From contig OX597817.1 in assembly GCA_951406725.2 (NCBI GenBank), forward strand, positions 125,984,001 to 126,048,000: a stretch of 64,000 nucleotides of DNA, given 5' to 3'. The first letter of the stretch is position 1. Each line of letters starts with the position of its first letter. Below, piece by piece: positions 63,871 through 64,000 of the stretch. The notes under the pieces are model-generated. The model did not search any database. It was given only the letters and a program-made list of their open reading frames with translations, and was not told where the DNA came from. This DNA is from Octopus vulgaris (Eukaryota). Both the position numbers and the translations under genes were made by a program.

Positions 63871-64000
63871 GTATTAACATTTTAAGTGCATCTTCTAGCC
63901 TTCATCTATATATTCAATTATATTCTGCTTTAACATTATAAATATGCTAAGTTACTATATGCCCCTTCCCTTATTCTCTGAACTTATATACCATCCCTAA

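Overview
AT-rich, microsatellite-dense eukaryotic DNA. The SINE families present look like those I recall from Octopus/coleoid cephalopods; this is recognition from memory, not a database result. No intact protein-coding gene can be identified, so the window is probably intronic or intergenic. Recognisable content is decayed mobile DNA: four CR1-type LINE copies, two mariner elements plus fragments, a non-autonomous Helitron, a hAT MITE with a nested 240-bp palindrome, three Penelope-like coding remnants, two Penelope-type terminal repeats with minimal hammerhead-ribozyme motifs, a probable solo LTR, and at least four tRNA-derived SINE families (labelled A-D here). The most unusual signals are: (i) a 33-34-bp satellite built from ~11-bp phased A4T4 tracts at 1-1890, predicted to be bent DNA; (ii) a 3' hairpin shared, with compensatory changes, between SINE-A and the local CR1-type LINE; (iii) the hammerhead motifs; (iv) several closely spaced inverted repeats that could form dsRNA; (v) a repeat-poor island at 15-21 kb with a duplicated CCAAT module and candidate small exons. 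I do not see firm evidence of a wholly new biological system. All alignments and coordinates were done by eye, so element ends are approximate unless termini are stated.
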